IMG/VR virus record: IMGVR_UViG_3300036815_000071
Span: 1 to 34,196 of that record
Reading direction: 5' to 3' (one strand)
DNA from: a virus
Lineage: Duplodnaviria; Caudoviricetes
Length of the DNA: 34,196 nt
A model generated the notes under the pieces. That model was not told the origin of the DNA. It ran no database searches and saw nothing but the letters and a program-made list of their open reading frames with translations. Shown here piece after piece: positions 33,455-34,196 of this stretch. Every line of letters begins with the position of its first letter. Within the stretch, counting starts at the first letter, position 1. Both the position numbers and the translations under genes were made by a program.

Positions 33455-34196
33455 GCGCCTCATTGCGATCCTTCTGAAGCTTGCGCCAGTTCGGCGTCTC
33501 AGAAGGATAGTGGTGCAGGCGCTTCAAGCCGATGTACCCGAAGCGTGCCATCTCTTCCACTTGCGGCCGGAAGCCGGCGTTCGTGATCGCGGCGCGCGGT
33601 ATGCAACCGCTCTCAAGCCATTCCCAAGCAGGCAAGAACTCCAGGCGCTCAGGCGCTAACCGCTTCTGGATATACCAGTGCTCTTTGGGCTTCAGCGCGT
33701 TCTTCATGGCGCGCACCTGGATGACAGACCAGCCGCTAGCTTGCGACAACTCGGAATCCGACATTTCGCGCCCGCCGCAGTGTTGCCATAATTCCTGCAG
33801 GAACTTGGTTTCCGGGAAGCGCATGTCGATCTCTTCGTCATACGCTGTCCAGCTAACCGGGCGCGGGATCACTCCGTATTCAAGGTTGTACTTGTTGACC
33901 GCTTCCAGGCGTGCGAGATTATACGGGCACTCAATCATCACCGTCACGTCCGCGGCTGGAATCGCTAGGTGGGTGTCTTGCGCGAGCAGCACGCCGCCTT
34001 TAACGCCCCAAGCGATTAGCTGACCTTCCGAGTCGGTGTTCTCCTTGTACATGAACACCGGCAGGTCCAGCAGCACGCCGGTTGCGAACGGAATCGACTT
34101 GTGGAGCGTGTGCGCGCGGTTCAGCACGACATGCGTAAAGGCTTTGTGCGCGACGCGCACGGACGCCGCGATATCGGTTGTGGAATAGAGTTTCAT
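33369..34196 (-). CDS. Hypothetical protein with possible HTH
   Basis: 275-aa ORF with ATG at the window edge; MSDSELSQASGWSVIQVR is HTH-like; overlaps the upstream + gene convergently by 86 bp. Confidence 0.7.
   Translation of the reverse strand: MKLYSTTDIAASVRVAHKAFTHVVLNRAHTLHKSIPFATGVLLDLPVFMYKENTDSEGQLIAWGVKGGVLLAQDTHLAIPAADVTVMIECPYNLARLEAVNKYNLEYGVIPRPVSWTAYDEEIDMRFPETKFLQELWQHCGGREMSDSELSQASGWSVIQVRAMKNALKPKEHWYIQKRLAPERLEFLPAWEWLESGCIPRAAITNAGFRPQVEEMARFGYIGLKRLHHYPSETPNWRKLQKDRNEALKNLSDVRLLVESLPDHLEALSPSDESL

Noticed and set aside
1-34196. tRNA, rRNA, integrase, transposase, reverse transcriptase or intron/intein
   Set aside because: None recognised by eye. An integrase, helicase and the rest of the polymerase may lie outside the window.

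Overview
The whole window is most of the genome of a GC-rich tailed dsDNA phage or prophage with a P22/APSE-like podovirus layout. The host is probably a betaproteobacterium (Burkholderiales), which is an inference. The leftward replication arm holds a family A DNA polymerase (5' part only, missed by the ORF track), a DUF2815-type SSB and a DUF2800 nuclease. A divergent promoter switch follows, then a rightward block: HTH regulator, AlpA/excisionase, minimal C5 DNA methyltransferase, primase-helicase and an iteron origin. Next come a leftward cluster of small early genes and a non-coding region with a dif-like XerCD site. The long late operon runs: terminase, portal, metallopeptidase, tailspike, scaffold, capsid, tail, lysis genes, hydroxylase and cupin, three ejection proteins, a PurD-like ATP-grasp enzyme and a candidate displaced small terminase. 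The most notable signals are: (1) three consecutive head proteins share an N-terminal leader ending LFP[AG][IV], with a stand-alone HExxH peptidase beside the portal, suggesting a leader-directed virion maturation system; (2) several protein-modifying-type enzymes sit among the virion genes; (3) the tailspike starts with a Sec-like signal peptide; (4) a dif-like site; (5) a terminase with a duplicated nuclease domain; (6) a 25-bp promoter repeated exactly at two distant loci. All family calls come from motif recognition by eye, and no database search was run.
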